Notes under the pieces: model-generated | Database searches by the model: none | The model's input: the letters and a program-made list of their open reading frames with translations, nothing else | What the model was told of the DNA's origin: nothing | In this document: positions 1 to 24,142 of the stretch, piece after piece | How positions within the stretch are numbered: the first letter of the stretch is position 1 | Layout: the number at the start of each line of letters is the position of its first letter | Made by a program: the position numbers and the translations under genes | From: Blastocystis sp. Blastoise | Taxonomy: Eukaryota; Protista; Bigyra: Opalinata | Direction: 5' to 3' | Length of the DNA: 64,000 bases | Assembly (NCBI GenBank): GCA_039096225.1 | Contig: JBBPEB010000032.1 | Span: 248,001-312,000, forward strand

Positions 1-1
1 T

Positions 2-430
2 CATTATCAAGAAACAGATCTTGAAGGTGCTGCTAAAGCATTTCAAAAAGCATTTTCAGCAGCTCCTTGGAGTGAAGAATGGCCTGATTTGAAATATGTT
101 GAACGATACCTACATCAGTATGTTGAAGAACCTAGATTTCTCGGATACATTGGTATCTATAAAGGTCAAGTTATATGTGGATGCTTTGCTACTATTCATT
201 TATGGCCTACTGGAGATGAATGTATTATTCAAGAGCTTTTTGTAGATCCTTCGTTTCATAGTCAAGGTTTTGGATCTAAATTTATCACTTACATTAAAGA
301 AGAGGTTAAGAAAACTGGAATTAATTGTATTAATTTATTAACAAAGCGTGGTTTCCCTGCTGAATTCTTCTATCAAAAGAATGGCTTTTCTGATTTCGAT
401 CCTTGGATTTATGTTCGTTCTGAATTCTAA
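2..430 (+). CDS. GNAT-family N-acetyltransferase, bacterial-type, 5'-truncated by window
   Basis: Frame open from base 2 (HYQETDLEGAAKAFQKAFSAAPWSEEW...); ELFVDPSFHSQGFGS acetyl-CoA motif and AEFFYQKNGF; no introns seen. Confidence 0.9.
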   Translation, partial: HYQETDLEGAAKAFQKAFSAAPWSEEWPDLKYVERYLHQYVEEPRFLGYIGIYKGQVICGCFATIHLWPTGDECIIQELFVDPSFHSQGFGSKFITYIKEEVKKTGINCINLLTKRGFPAEFFYQKNGFSDFDPWIYVRSEF

Positions 431-1184
431 GTTCGTAAACTATTGATTATAATGTTATATTTATGTAACTCTTCTCAATTAGTTTTGTTTCAGTATTTAA
501 AATGAAAAGTTATTTTATTTTCATATTCAATACCTGCGAAAAGAATCAATTAGTCTATCTAATGAAAACAAATCTAATCTAACATACGTAATCATTCGTA
601 TGCTTATAATGTGATCAAGTCTCTTGAAATATATCTCTTCAGGTATATATTGTTTTAGGTAGAACGTCATTAGTATGACAGTATATTATTTTGTATATAT
701 AGATCCTCAAATATTAAAACACAATATCTTTGGAAGAAAAGACGTTTTTAGTAAATAAAACACTAGTTTCGGTTTTTTCCTTGATAAATAAAAAGGTTTC
801 TCTGTAGAACTGGGTGCTTTTTTTATAGGAATTTTTCAAGTCGCCTCAAATTCGTCTTCTTTATCCAATCAAAGAATAATAAAGTATATCATCTACTAAA
901 GCAGTTGATATTTATTCGTTGTATTTGAAGAAATGAAAATGACGCAGGTTGACATGACTATCAAAGCGGAAATATCGATGCGACTCTACTAGTGTCTTCT
1001 ATTGAATATCCATTCAATATATACAGTCAAATTTCTTCAATAATGACGCAGTTTCTCCATTGAACAGAAAGAGGAGTCAACTAAAAACATTAATAAAAAA
1101 GGATCTTTCATATATTTTATTTATACTGTTTTTCAGTTATTTCAATTATTTCTATTAAAAAAATTATTTCTAAATTAAAGAATC

Positions 1185-1652
1185 ATGTTCGGTCTTATTA
1201 ATTATGAAGAAGTCCATTATAGAGAAATGAAAATGAGTGATGTTCAATATGCTTGTGATCCATATGTTGAAGCATTTGATCAGGAACCATGGTGCGAAGG
1301 ATGGGAAGGTACAAAAGGTCCTCAAGCTTTTATGAGCTCTCTTATGTTTATTCCTCGCTTTCTTGGATATGTATGTACATACGAAGATAGACCTATTGGA
1401 TGGTGTTTCGGTTGGATATTCGAATTGGGAAAGACAAGTGTATATCATGTTGAACTATTCTTCCTTGCTCCTGAAACAAGAGGAGGTGGTATTGGTTCTA
1501 AATTCATGAATTATATTAAAAGAATGTCGAAGAAAGATGGAGCTGATGAAATATCATTATGGACGCGACGATCTTGTCCATGCTTCCGTTTTTATCTACG
1601 TAATGAATTTACTGCTTCCGAAGATTGGGTCGAATGCTCTTGTAAATTGTAA
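1185..1652 (+). CDS. GNAT-family N-acetyltransferase, tandem paralog
   Basis: AFDQEPWCEGW, FFLAPETRGGGIGSKFM, FYLRNEF; aligns by eye with the upstream gene (PRFLGY shared); single exon. Confidence 0.9.
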   Translation: MFGLINYEEVHYREMKMSDVQYACDPYVEAFDQEPWCEGWEGTKGPQAFMSSLMFIPRFLGYVCTYEDRPIGWCFGWIFELGKTSVYHVELFFLAPETRGGGIGSKFMNYIKRMSKKDGADEISLWTRRSCPCFRFYLRNEFTASEDWVECSCKL

Positions 1653-1939
1653 TTTTAGCAATATTTGTATTTTATTATTGATTCCTATATTATAATATCC
1701 TCACCTATTTTCTCTTTTGTTTGCTTATTTCTTTGATTAAAGCTCATTTAAAATTTATTTTGCTTTTTTCTTATTATTATTTTGTTTCAATATTAAAGAT
1801 TTATATTACTGGTATTCAAACTTAGTAATAAATATCTTGATGCTTGCTTTTCTCTGTAATTGTTTATTCCGCCTTATAAATTGTTATTCATTATAATTTG
1901 CTGTCATTAAATCTAGTTTTTTGTTTTATTTTTAAAGAT

Positions 1940-3091
1940 ATGGGCATCTCAGACATAGAAATAATTTGTATATGTCCATTTTTGGATGTAGATAATATTA
2001 AAATACATTTCTCTTCAAGATTTAATTCATTTCCTTTGACTGATCAAGAATTGAAACAAAAAATTGAAGATACATGGAATGACGCCTTAGAAAAGAATCC
2101 AAGAATATGGAATCAATCCAAGTTTCGTTATCATTCCGTAAATTACAATGAAAATGAGCGTAGATGCATTCTAAATCTTGGTTTCACTGATTATAAGTCT
2201 TTCATAACTACAAACAATAGTGATTTACATGATAATTTGTTTGAAAGAGGTCTTTCAGATTGGAGTATACTTTGATTTTTATTTTTTCTATTGAATATAG
2301 ATGATGGAGATGCATATATTGGCAACCCTATGGGAAATCAAGCATGTATTTGTACCAGTGATCATTACATGGTTCTTATTCAAAGAAGTCAGTTTGTTTC
2401 AGAATCAAAAGGTCGTGCAGCTGGACCAGGTGGACATCCTGAACCAGAAGTATATTTATTAATTAGTATAGTGATTATTTCTTCGATTATTATAGTATTT
2501 ATCTCTTAAAGAAGCCCCGAAAGAAGAAGATGCGTCTATTAATAATGTTATAGCTATAGAACTGTATAAATCGATATTAAAGGAAATATATGAAGAAACC
2601 AGTATTCCTATTTCTTCTGTTTATATAAATAAATTGATTGGATTTATGAGGTATGCTTTATATTACTTATATATATATATATTGATTATTAATGTATATA
2701 TTAACATTTATAAAATATTAACTATTAATATATATTTATATATATATAGAAATAAAGTAACAGGAGGCCGTCAAGGAATGCTTTTCTTCTGTAAAACAAC
2801 ACTTTCAAAAGAACAAGTATTAGAAGAATATAGAAAAGGTGTTCAAGATCAATATGAATCGATTAACTTAGTATTTATTCCTCTTATGGATATTCTTAAT
2901 AAAGTATATATCCATATATATTATATATCATTCTATTTATTGTATACCTATATATACATATTCTACTATTTTATTTCTTTTGTTAGAAATTACCTGTATT
3001 ATTATATTCACCAGAATCAGAAGCTATTTTTGTTTGTCTCCAACAGTTATATATGAATAATAAACAACAAACAGAAGCTATATGCTTATAA
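1940..3091 (+). CDS. Nudix hydrolase, NUDT22-like (UDP-glucose pyrophosphatase), 5 exons
   Basis: Four GT-AG introns join PRIWNQSKFRY, LGFTDYKSF, GPGGHPEPE and KEIYEET; ends AICL-TAA. Confidence 0.8.
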
Positions 3092-3449
3092 ACATTTTCT
3101 TATATTAGTTTATTATTTATTTCTTGTTTATTTTATTATGCGAATGATTCTTAAAGAAAGTCTGCTATAATAAGAATATAATAGATCTTATTAAACAAAT
3201 AAAAATGATGAACAAAAGAAAATTGACATGCAATGGACTTTAAAAGCAACGAACAATAAAAACAAAAATGATATAAAAGATTCAAAAGAAAAACGGATAA
3301 TTAGTTTATTAGACCAACAAATAATAAAAATATCCTTATAACTAAAAGAATAATATAAAAAAGAAATGATTTTTGCAGAGAACAGTGTATTTACAAGTAA
3401 AAGAATGAAATAATAAGATACATAAAGAGACGAAACATGTTCATAAGAA

Positions 3450-5515
3450 TTAGAATAATCCAGAAAGAATCGAAACATAAGAGTTCTTTCGTTCTTCTCT
3501 TCCTTCAGTTTTAGATTTATTCTCAATACTCAACGCATTCTTCTCATTGGATTCAAGCGGAACACCGTACACTTCGATCTCTGTAACTGTAAATAAATTA
3601 CTATTGGACGCTTCATTTGTGTTAACGAATAAACTAGATTTTTGAGGAGTATTCACGTGACTATAGGTTTGTGCACCACAAATATTTGTTTGAACACTAT
3701 CGCAATGAGAACAAATCTTTAAATCATATCCCTCACCAAAGATAGGACCATCACGTGATGAACAGCGAATAGCATAAGACTCATTAAGAACAGGGTAAAT
3801 TGTAGGAGCAATATCATGCTCATTACTAAGAGTAAATAAAAAAGCTTTTGAATCAGACTTATAGGCTATAAAAAACAAAGATAGATAATCGTATATTATA
3901 TATAACATGTAATAGAATTTATAATAAAATAATCAATAATATAATATATCTATAATATAATAGAATCAATAATATAATATATCTATAATATAATATAATC
4001 TATAATATAATAGAATCAATAATATAATAGAATCAATAATATAATAGAATCAATAATAGAATAATCTATAATATTAACAATAATAAACAAGTAAAATATA
4101 CTTTCTTTATATGGTGATTCCCACGGGACTGACGTATATCCTCCAAAGATATTATTGACTCCATATTTTCCTTTCTGTTTAATAATTACAACTGTTTCTC
4201 CATAATTATCACAACAAGCGTGAAACTCTCTTCCTTTATAACCATCTCGACTTCCTCTATATATATATATATAGTTATAAATGTGAACAAAAAAAAAATA
4301 ATATTGTTTAACAAAAATAAATTTTATATATATATTCATGAAATTTGATATTAATCTGCTCAATAAAAGACAATATATAATATACATATTAAATAATAAC
4401 GATAATAGATAACAAATAATATACATATTAAATAATAACGATAATATATAACAAATAATATATATATATTAAAAATAATCAATAATAACTAAACATTCTA
4501 TATACCTATATAATAATTTCCATGGTTTCGATCCATCAACCATTTTCGCTAAAGCTTGTGAGGTCACGGGTGATAATATTTTTGAATCTGAAAAATGAAT
4601 CCATATATAATCTAAAATCTTATGATAATCTTCTTTAGACAACACTGTTAAATCAGCAAATAATAAATCTAAATTAAGAGCAGAATGTTTTTGAAGAGAA
4701 AGATCAATTGAACCAGACTGAATGAATTGATGAAGAATATCTACATATGTGATAGTTCTGTCATAATAAAAGGCATTCGTGAAATAATCATAGTTATGAT
4801 TCCCATCGTTTTCTTGTAACATAAAACTATCAAATGCGTTATTACGTCTTAAGTATTGCTCAATTATATCATCCTTCTTGCCATTAAAAGTAATCACAGT
4901 ATCAATTTTATTGTTATAAGGTATCACTTGATCATCAAATATATGACATCGACGACCTAATTCTTCAGGAATTGGTAAACTCAAGAATGAGAAGAAATCT
5001 AACAAATCCTTTAACTCACCATCATTGTAACTATCATAATCAATAACCTCTCCTTTAAGAAATGATACGATTTCAGGAGCAAATGTAGAATCATACTCTA
5101 TATAAAGAGAACCATCATCAATACGGACATTATCATCAATGAGTTCTGAGAAATAAGATCCCTTGAATTGATTCAATCTACTGATTTCTACAGGATAAAT
5201 GGTATTAGATCCTGAAAAAATAATGTATTCTTTCTCTTTACGATCTCTTTCTTCAAAGGAACTACGAATTGTCTTTGAGATGAATGGCTGATTGTAAGAG
5301 GAAGCATTGCAACGTCGATGACGAACCACTGGTTTTAAGTAACCATCAATAGACTGATTTAAAGTTTTACAAAGTAACTCAGATTGATCTAAACCTACTT
5401 GAAGAGCAGAAATAAATAAATTAGATATGTTTTTAAGAGAAGTGCGGTAATGTTCTATTGAATTTTGAATATCAATTAATGAACTATTACTTAATTCACA
5501 ATTATTATTAACCAT
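3450..5515 (-). CDS. BTB/POZ-like + TLDc domain protein, 3 exons
   Basis: Spliced WKLLYR|GSRDG...FHACCDN...IFGGYTSVPW...AFLFTL...GPIFGEGYDL...EIEVY is a TLDc domain; GSYFSEL...DGSLYIEYD...IVSFLKG is BTB-like. Confidence 0.85.
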
Positions 5516-5881
5516 ATTACTTTCTATATAAAATTTTGTAATATTAAATAAACTTTTGAGTAAAACTAAGAAAATATTCTTAAAAAACGAGTAAGAAAAC
5601 AGAACACTTTTTCAGTCTGAAATGAAAGGACACTGAATATATTGTTTTAGTACTTGTGTGTTCTCTTTATATACTTTCTTTAGTAGTTACATAAATATTC
5701 AAATTAAAAAGGGGATGTTCTGTATATAAAGAATAGATTCTATTTATTTTATGATGAACATGTTAGTTTTTTATATAAAATAATAATCTCAGAACAAACA
5801 AGAGTTTATGTCATTTATTGATAATGAATATGTGAATCTAAGAGGTACTCGAGACATTTTGAATAAATAAAGAAACAATAA

Positions 5882-9159
<3,278 letters not shown>

Positions 9160-9623
9160 AGTTTACGATGCAAAAAAAAACTTATAATTAAAAAGAAAAG
9201 TTTTGTGTTTTGAAAAAGAGAAGATTCTTTTTGTTGTCTTTTCTATTTATAGGCTTTGCAAGATATGATTGACTCTTATAGTTATCTTTACTTAGAAAAC
9301 TATTCTTCAATTGATGATAAAACTTACATTGTTACGTATATATATACTTTTGATTGACGTTATTTCTCAAGTTAAATTTATATTTATTGGTATCAAAATA
9401 ATAGAGTTGATGAGTTATATAGAAATGCAAAACAAAATGCGATATAATAATACTACCATGTGATGACTTAGAAAAGGATGACTTAAATTAATATATATTT
9501 TATTTCAAAATTATGTACGAAATATTGATTAAGATATTCTGAAGATGAAATTGGCTTAAATGAAGAAATAAGTTGATTATGGAACGAAATGCTTGCAATG
9601 ACTCTTAATTTTATAGAGAATGA

Positions 9624-13503
<3,880 letters not shown>

Positions 13504-13859
13504 TTTACTAAAACTTGAGACGAATGATAATAAAAACAAATATACTTTCAATAATCAAATTCTAAGGTTCGAAACTTATTTGATCATCTGAAAAGTGCTT
13601 AAATAGAGTCATCAGCGAAACAAATTGTGTTTTTTTCTTTTTTTTTGTTCAACAGAAAAGAATTTTGTGTTATTATTTGTTGGGATGATCCATAAATTCT
13701 TGAATAATACATGTATAAAATTATCACGATTATTATTATTATTTGTACTACATAAATATTATTCAATTCAAGAATACTTGTTGTTTAAATACTAAACTAC
13801 CGAATAAATGAATGAAAAACAGAAAAGTTTTTCAAAGTGTTTTTTTTAATCATTGAATT

Positions 13860-14828
13860 ATGCAGATATTCTTACTTTTTCTTATTGTTATGTATTGTGA
13901 GTCATTAAACCACTCCAATTCATATTATAAAACACGATTTGATGCTTATATATCGCAATTTAATCGTGAGTATACTTCTCAAGAATCACGATATCGTTTA
14001 TATTTATTTTCTGAAAATTTAGATTTTATTGAGAAAGAAAATTTGAAGAAACATTCCTATAAATTAGGTATTACTCCTTTTATCGATCTGTCTGATGATG
14101 AATTCAAAGCTTCTAAATTTTGTGGATGCCTCATGAAACAACCTGTTCGTGAAAAACATGTAGCTTATATAAATAGGACAATACCAGAATCTGTGAATTG
14201 GGTCGAGAAGGGTGTTGTAAACGCAATAAAGGATCAAAGATCTTGTGGATCGTGTTGGGCATTCTCTGCTGTTGCTGCAATGGAAGGTATGGATGCAATT
14301 AAAAATGGGAAACTACAGTCTTTTTCAGAACAACAATTAGTTGATTGTGATATATCTTCGTTTGGATGTGCTGGTGGTTTTATGGATAATGCATTTCTTT
14401 ATGTGATTCAGAATAAGGGTATTTGTTCTGAAGAATCTTATCCTTATACAGCTAAGGATGAAGACTGTAAAGATAAGAAATGTACGTCTATAGCTACTGT
14501 TTCTGATTATGTAGATATTGAAGAGAATAATGGTGAACAACTTCTTATGGCTCTTGCCAATCAACCTGTTTCTGTTGCTATTGAGGCAGATTCCTTTGTT
14601 TTTAAGTATTATCAAAGTGGTATAATTGATGCTGAGGATTGTGGTAGTACTTTAAATCATGGTGTTGCAGCTGTTGGTTATGGAATTGAAGATGGCATAC
14701 AATATATTCTTGTAAGAAATTCTTGGGGAGAAAATTGGGGAGAACAAGGATATGTAAGATTAGCACATTATAATAAAGGAGAAGGAGTTTGTGGTATTAA
14801 TCTCTCAGCTTCTTATCCTCTTATTTAA
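13860..14828 (+). CDS. Papain-family (C1A) cathepsin L-like cysteine protease, secreted, single exon
   Basis: Signal peptide, ERFNIN-like I29 prodomain, QRSCGSCWAFS, LNHGV, RNSWG. Confidence 0.96.
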   Translation: MQIFLLFLIVMYCESLNHSNSYYKTRFDAYISQFNREYTSQESRYRLYLFSENLDFIEKENLKKHSYKLGITPFIDLSDDEFKASKFCGCLMKQPVREKHVAYINRTIPESVNWVEKGVVNAIKDQRSCGSCWAFSAVAAMEGMDAIKNGKLQSFSEQQLVDCDISSFGCAGGFMDNAFLYVIQNKGICSEESYPYTAKDEDCKDKKCTSIATVSDYVDIEENNGEQLLMALANQPVSVAIEADSFVFKYYQSGIIDAEDCGSTLNHGVAAVGYGIEDGIQYILVRNSWGENWGEQGYVRLAHYNKGEGVCGINLSASYPLI

Positions 14829-15160
14829 TATATCATCAAGCAATTCAGAATTTGTGTTACTTTAATATGTAGAATTTGTATTTTGTGATATTTTATATAG
14901 TTATTAGTACTCATGTAAAAGAGTTTATTATTTATTTTCTATTTAATCATTAGTTTTGTTTGTTCGTTTCCATACTCTGATCCAATTTCTTTTCATTTTT
15001 TTATTATTTTATTCTACATAAATAGTAGCATTCAATAAATACCTTTATTGATATTTAGCCATAACAAAAAACGTATATTTCCACAAATAAAAATTAAAAG
15101 AAAATGTTTGTTGATGAAATATCAAAATAATGAAAAATCGGATATAAACAAATTTTGAAA

Positions 15161-17336
15161 ATGATGCACATATATGATACAGAGGATTATGATATTCTCT
15201 GTACATCAGATTGTATAAACGATGAAGACATGATCAATTCAGTTAGTTATGTATGTCGATTATGTTGCTTTGATTTCATTTTTTGTATAGATATTACTTA
15301 AAGATCAGTTTTCAGAAAAGAATCGGCTCTGTTTGAAGATGAAATCAGTGAGGAATTCACATTTATTGTCAGCATCTTCTATTATTAATAAAGTATTTAA
15401 TGTACATTAATATTTCAAATAATTCAGGTACGTCCTCCATCATTCCATTCGATGAAAATGGTTTATGAAGAAATTTTTGGATTTCCTTTTTATTTTGAAT
15501 GTATATTTCTTAAAATATTGTAAGTTTATTAACGAAGACTCTAGATGAGATGAAGAACAATACAACTGTCGATGCTTTTTGTGAAGAATTATATTCGTTA
15601 ATACAGAAAACATCATCCATCACTTTTTCAACAAATCCATATAGTATTTTTATTTTTATTTATTTATTTAACATTTACTTAATAATATTCTTATTATATA
15701 TATATAATTCTTAGTCACAGATCCTCAAGTTCATTTTAATTTATTACATGATCGAATATCTCGTTCTATATATATATTTGAAAATGATTATTCTTTAAAT
15801 CATTATTTTTTAGATAAACTTATTTTTAATCTAGAAATCTTATGTATATTATATTATAATATAATATATTATATTATATTATAAACTATTATATTATAAA
15901 CTATTATATTATATTATATTATATTATATGTTTATTATATTATTATATATTATTATATATATTATTATATATACCCATAGTCCCAGTGTCATCTCTTTTA
16001 TATCAGGCTTATATATCTTTAAAGAAAAGTATATATATATATATATATTGATAAATAACTATATATATATAGTTATTATTCACCACGATATTGAATTGCC
16101 CAACATTTCTAAAATATATATAAATAGTATATATATATAATATATTCTAATATATATATATATGTATATAGATTCTTTATCTTATATATATCAGTTTTCT
16201 AATGAGCATATGAGTTTATTACCAAATACAATATGGATATATAATAATCATAGTATATATATACTATAGTATTACTATACTTTATTTATATATATATATA
16301 GATATTAATGAGTTTTTATGTATTCATCATGATTCTAATACAAATAGTATTATTATACTTATTACTATTATATATAAATATATATATATATAGATAGCTC
16401 TAGTAATAATACAGATATTTCTGTTCACTCCCCATATATATATCTATCAAGTATATATGTAAATTATTAATATATATATATATATTTAGACTCATCAATT
16501 CCTTTCAGTCGATATCAGCAACTTTTTAGATATTCATCATTAATATGTCTTGAATTCATTAAAATTAATTGTATATCTATAATAAAAATTTTTATTCTAA
16601 GGCTTAATATATATTTATTATGTTTATTTATAATAAAAATAATATTTATTATCATTATTATATATATAGATTATCCACATATATCTGATATTCATTCACT
16701 TTTTTCCTTATTATTATCTACAATATTCCCACGATTATATAAAATTGATCTAAGCCATAATAATCTTCACGATTGTTTTTATGGTATTTATGATTTATTA
16801 CGATTCAAAACATGCCCTCTTTTACAATATATTAATTATTCACATAACCATATTTCTTCGGAAGAAGTGGATTTGTATATAACTACACTTTCTCCCGTGG
16901 TTATCCGTCATATTCTAGATATCAATTTATCTTGTATATTTTCTCATATATATATATTTATATAATCATTTCCATATATATTCTTTATTTATTTATGTTT
17001 ATTAATATTTCTACATATCTTTTATCCATTTTTATATATATATATAATTCAATTTATATATATATAATTCAATTTATATATAATATGATTCATTTCCCTC
17101 TATATATACACATTTCTCTCTAGATTGCTCTCTCTATTCCTCTGATTTATATCTAATTATCTTACATTTCTCTGCCTATAAATGGATTCAACTTCAAAAA
17201 CTAGATTTGACAGGTAATATAAATATTCTATATATTCATAGTATTCTCTTTTTCTATAGGGAACAACTTTTCTTTTGATATTATTATTTCCAATCCCGAT
17301 ATTAAATCAATATTAAACTCTATCATCTATGTTTAA
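15161..17336 (+). CDS. Leucine-rich repeat protein with many short exons (start uncertain)
   Basis: About 12 GT-AG introns, nearly all phase 1, give an open frame with LYKIDLSHNNL, LQYINYSHNHI, ILDINLS, LQKLDLTGNNF. Confidence 0.65.
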
Positions 17337-17473
17337 TTGATAAATGACATTTCATTTTGTTTTTAATAATTATTTATTTATAAAAACAATTCTAAAACAT
17401 ATTTTTATAACAAAATAAGTGTGTATATATTCAAATCAAATAGTTCAAATAAACAAAGAGAAATAAAAAGATA

Positions 17474-17555
17474 TGCACGAAGCGGGACTCGAACCCGCGC
17501 ATGCGAACATACTACGGCCTTAACGTAGCTCCTTAGACCACTCGGACATCCGTGC
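17474..17555 (-). tRNA. tRNA-Leu(AAG)
   Basis: GCACGGA/TTCGTGC acceptor stem, CTACG-TTAAGGC-CGTAG anticodon arm, long variable arm, GGTTCGAGTCC T arm. Confidence 0.96.
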
Positions 17556-18659
17556 TATTGAAATTTTTGCTTTTATTATCGTATTTATAATATGTGCTAT
17601 ACGATAACATCCAATGATTTTCTTGAAATTCTTTGCAAAGCGTTTCTCGTCGATATAAACTGAGTTAGTTACTAAGAAAGTGTTTGAAATAATAAAATAT
17701 TATTTAGCTCGTTGAAATTATAAATATTTTGCTATTCCTGTTGACCTATCCAATAATCAATATTATAAATGCATCTGAATTTCAACTCACTATGCTATCT
17801 CTGATCATAAAACTATATTTGATTAACTTTTATCAGTTACAGTAAATCATATACTATAAATATAGATTCACTCTCGAAGACAATTTTAATGATTCTTATT
17901 TATATTTCTATCTACAACTTCAGAAAACACTTTTTTTCCAAAAGAAATACTTTTTAATATTAAAAAATGTAAAGAAGATATATAATTTAAGTAAATATAA
18001 GTTCTATCTTTTAGAAGCAGTGAACCATATATATAAAATTACATATACACAACAATAATGATTATTTAACTTTTGTTTAGCAATAAAAAAAAAGAGTTTT
18101 GATAATGATAATAAAAAATTATTTTAAAAGTCTGTTCATATAGAATATTTAATGTGTAATATCTTTCTGATTCTTAAATAAATAAAGAAAAGTTCTTGTT
18201 GTTCATATACTTGGAATAATCTTGATCTTAATGTTCTTACATACATTTTTATATAGACTTTGAAGTATATATTGTATAGTTCCTCAACACACACCTCGCT
18301 TGATGTCTAACATTCGTTTAGATCTCATAATGAGAGAGTAATAGCAGTTGAAAAACGACGCGAAATCCCCGCGACTATCAACATCAGTAGAAAACTGACG
18401 ATATTTTTCTAAAATAAAATGGAACACAAATAATGGATGACCAGTAATTCATCAAGAAAAAAGTGAAGACCAATAACCTTTTTAATTTCTTACCTTTGAT
18501 TTCATTTTTTATGGCTCCTTATGCATACAAAAATGCGATGTTTTTCTGACGTGAGAATAATAAAATTGGGTCAGAACAGAATATATTCATCAAAGCTTAA
18601 CATAAAGAGGAAAAAAATGTTTACAAAAAAATATTTTATTATTATAAGATTTATTTAAC

Positions 18660-19986
<1,327 letters not shown>

Positions 19987-20435
19987 ACAATTTATACTTG
20001 TTTCTATTTCTAGTCAGAAACATTTTTTTTTTCTATTATTGTTTATTATTGTTTTTAATTCTATTTCTTAGTTTCAATACTATTTCTTGTTCTTTTCTTA
20101 TTATCACTCACGAATTATTTCTTCTAGTTATCTTTCGTCCTTATTTTATGTACTTATTTGTTTTTATTAAGAATATTATTATTATTAGGCACATAATGTA
20201 CATAATTAATATGTGATCTCCTTTCATTGTTTTGTTTAATATAAATCATTTTTTTAAAACAATTATAAAAATTTATTATATAATCTGAATTTTTGTGTAA
20301 GACTAACTTAATTGTTGTGTCAGTTTCTAATAATTATTTAGCTTTCTATTTCCTTATATAAAAGTAATTTCATTAAATTAATAGAGTTATTCAATCATCA
20401 AGAGTCTTGAACGTTGTCTGCTAGTTATTTAGATT

Positions 20436-22954
<2,519 letters not shown>

Positions 22955-23687
22955 TTCTATATTTGATAATTATTCTTACTTATTATATATATATACCTAG
23001 TTTATCTATAGTATAAATATTATTTAATCTTTTCTATTCTTTGTTTTATTGATAATAACATATTCTTTTCTTATTTTTTTCTTTTCATTTTCACTATTTT
23101 AATAGTCCTATATATCTATATATCTGTATGTGATTGGTAGCATATATTGATTTTCTTCTTTTTATGTTTTTTCCTCTGTATTTTCTATTTTCATTTGATT
23201 CGTATGTTTTATGTCTTTTGTAGTCGATAGGTTGGGTGATTTCATTGTTCGTTATTAGTTTTGCTACACAATTTATTGTATTATTATACAATATATTTAT
23301 TATATATTGTTTTAACGTTAATGAAACACATTATAGTAAAGTCAAATATCCAAGAATATTATATGACTAAGAAAACTATATATTGATAATAGATCACCAA
23401 ATTTAGTCAAAAACCAATATTCATTTGATTGTCATGTTCTATTTATATAATATTATAAGTGATACTACTTATATAAAGCAAAACAAAAAGCTTTTAACAA
23501 GTTCAATAACAAAAGACAGCTATAAATCAAAAGAAATGAAAATAAATAAAACTAATAAACACATAAAAGAATAAGAATGAATAATAATAGATAAGAACGT
23601 ACTATCTATATATATATTTAGTTTACAAATCAACAAAAAGAAAACATAAAAAAGAAAAATTTTTTTTAAATGAATAACACAACCTAT

Positions 23688-24100
23688 TTACGACAAATAA
23701 CCGTGATTTTTATCATATTCCTTTCGACGTTCTCGATCTCTTAGCGTAAAATATGCTTCGATAATAGCACGTGACTTTTCCTCAGAATCAGGACCTCTAT
23801 ATATAATATAATTATATATATAATAATTATATATATATATATATATAATAATTAAAAATATATATATACTTATAGAAATCAGGATGATATTTCTTGATTT
23901 CACGTTGAAATGCACGTTTAATATCATCCGTTGTAGCCGTTATAGGAACATCTAAACGGTCGTAATAGGATTCCTCAAAGAAAGACTCGTCATACACAGA
24001 GGATTCAGTTTGTCTGTATATATAATGTTATATATATAATGTTATATATATAATGTTATATATATAATGATATATAAAGTGATATATAATGTCATATAAA

Positions 24101-24142
<42 letters not shown>

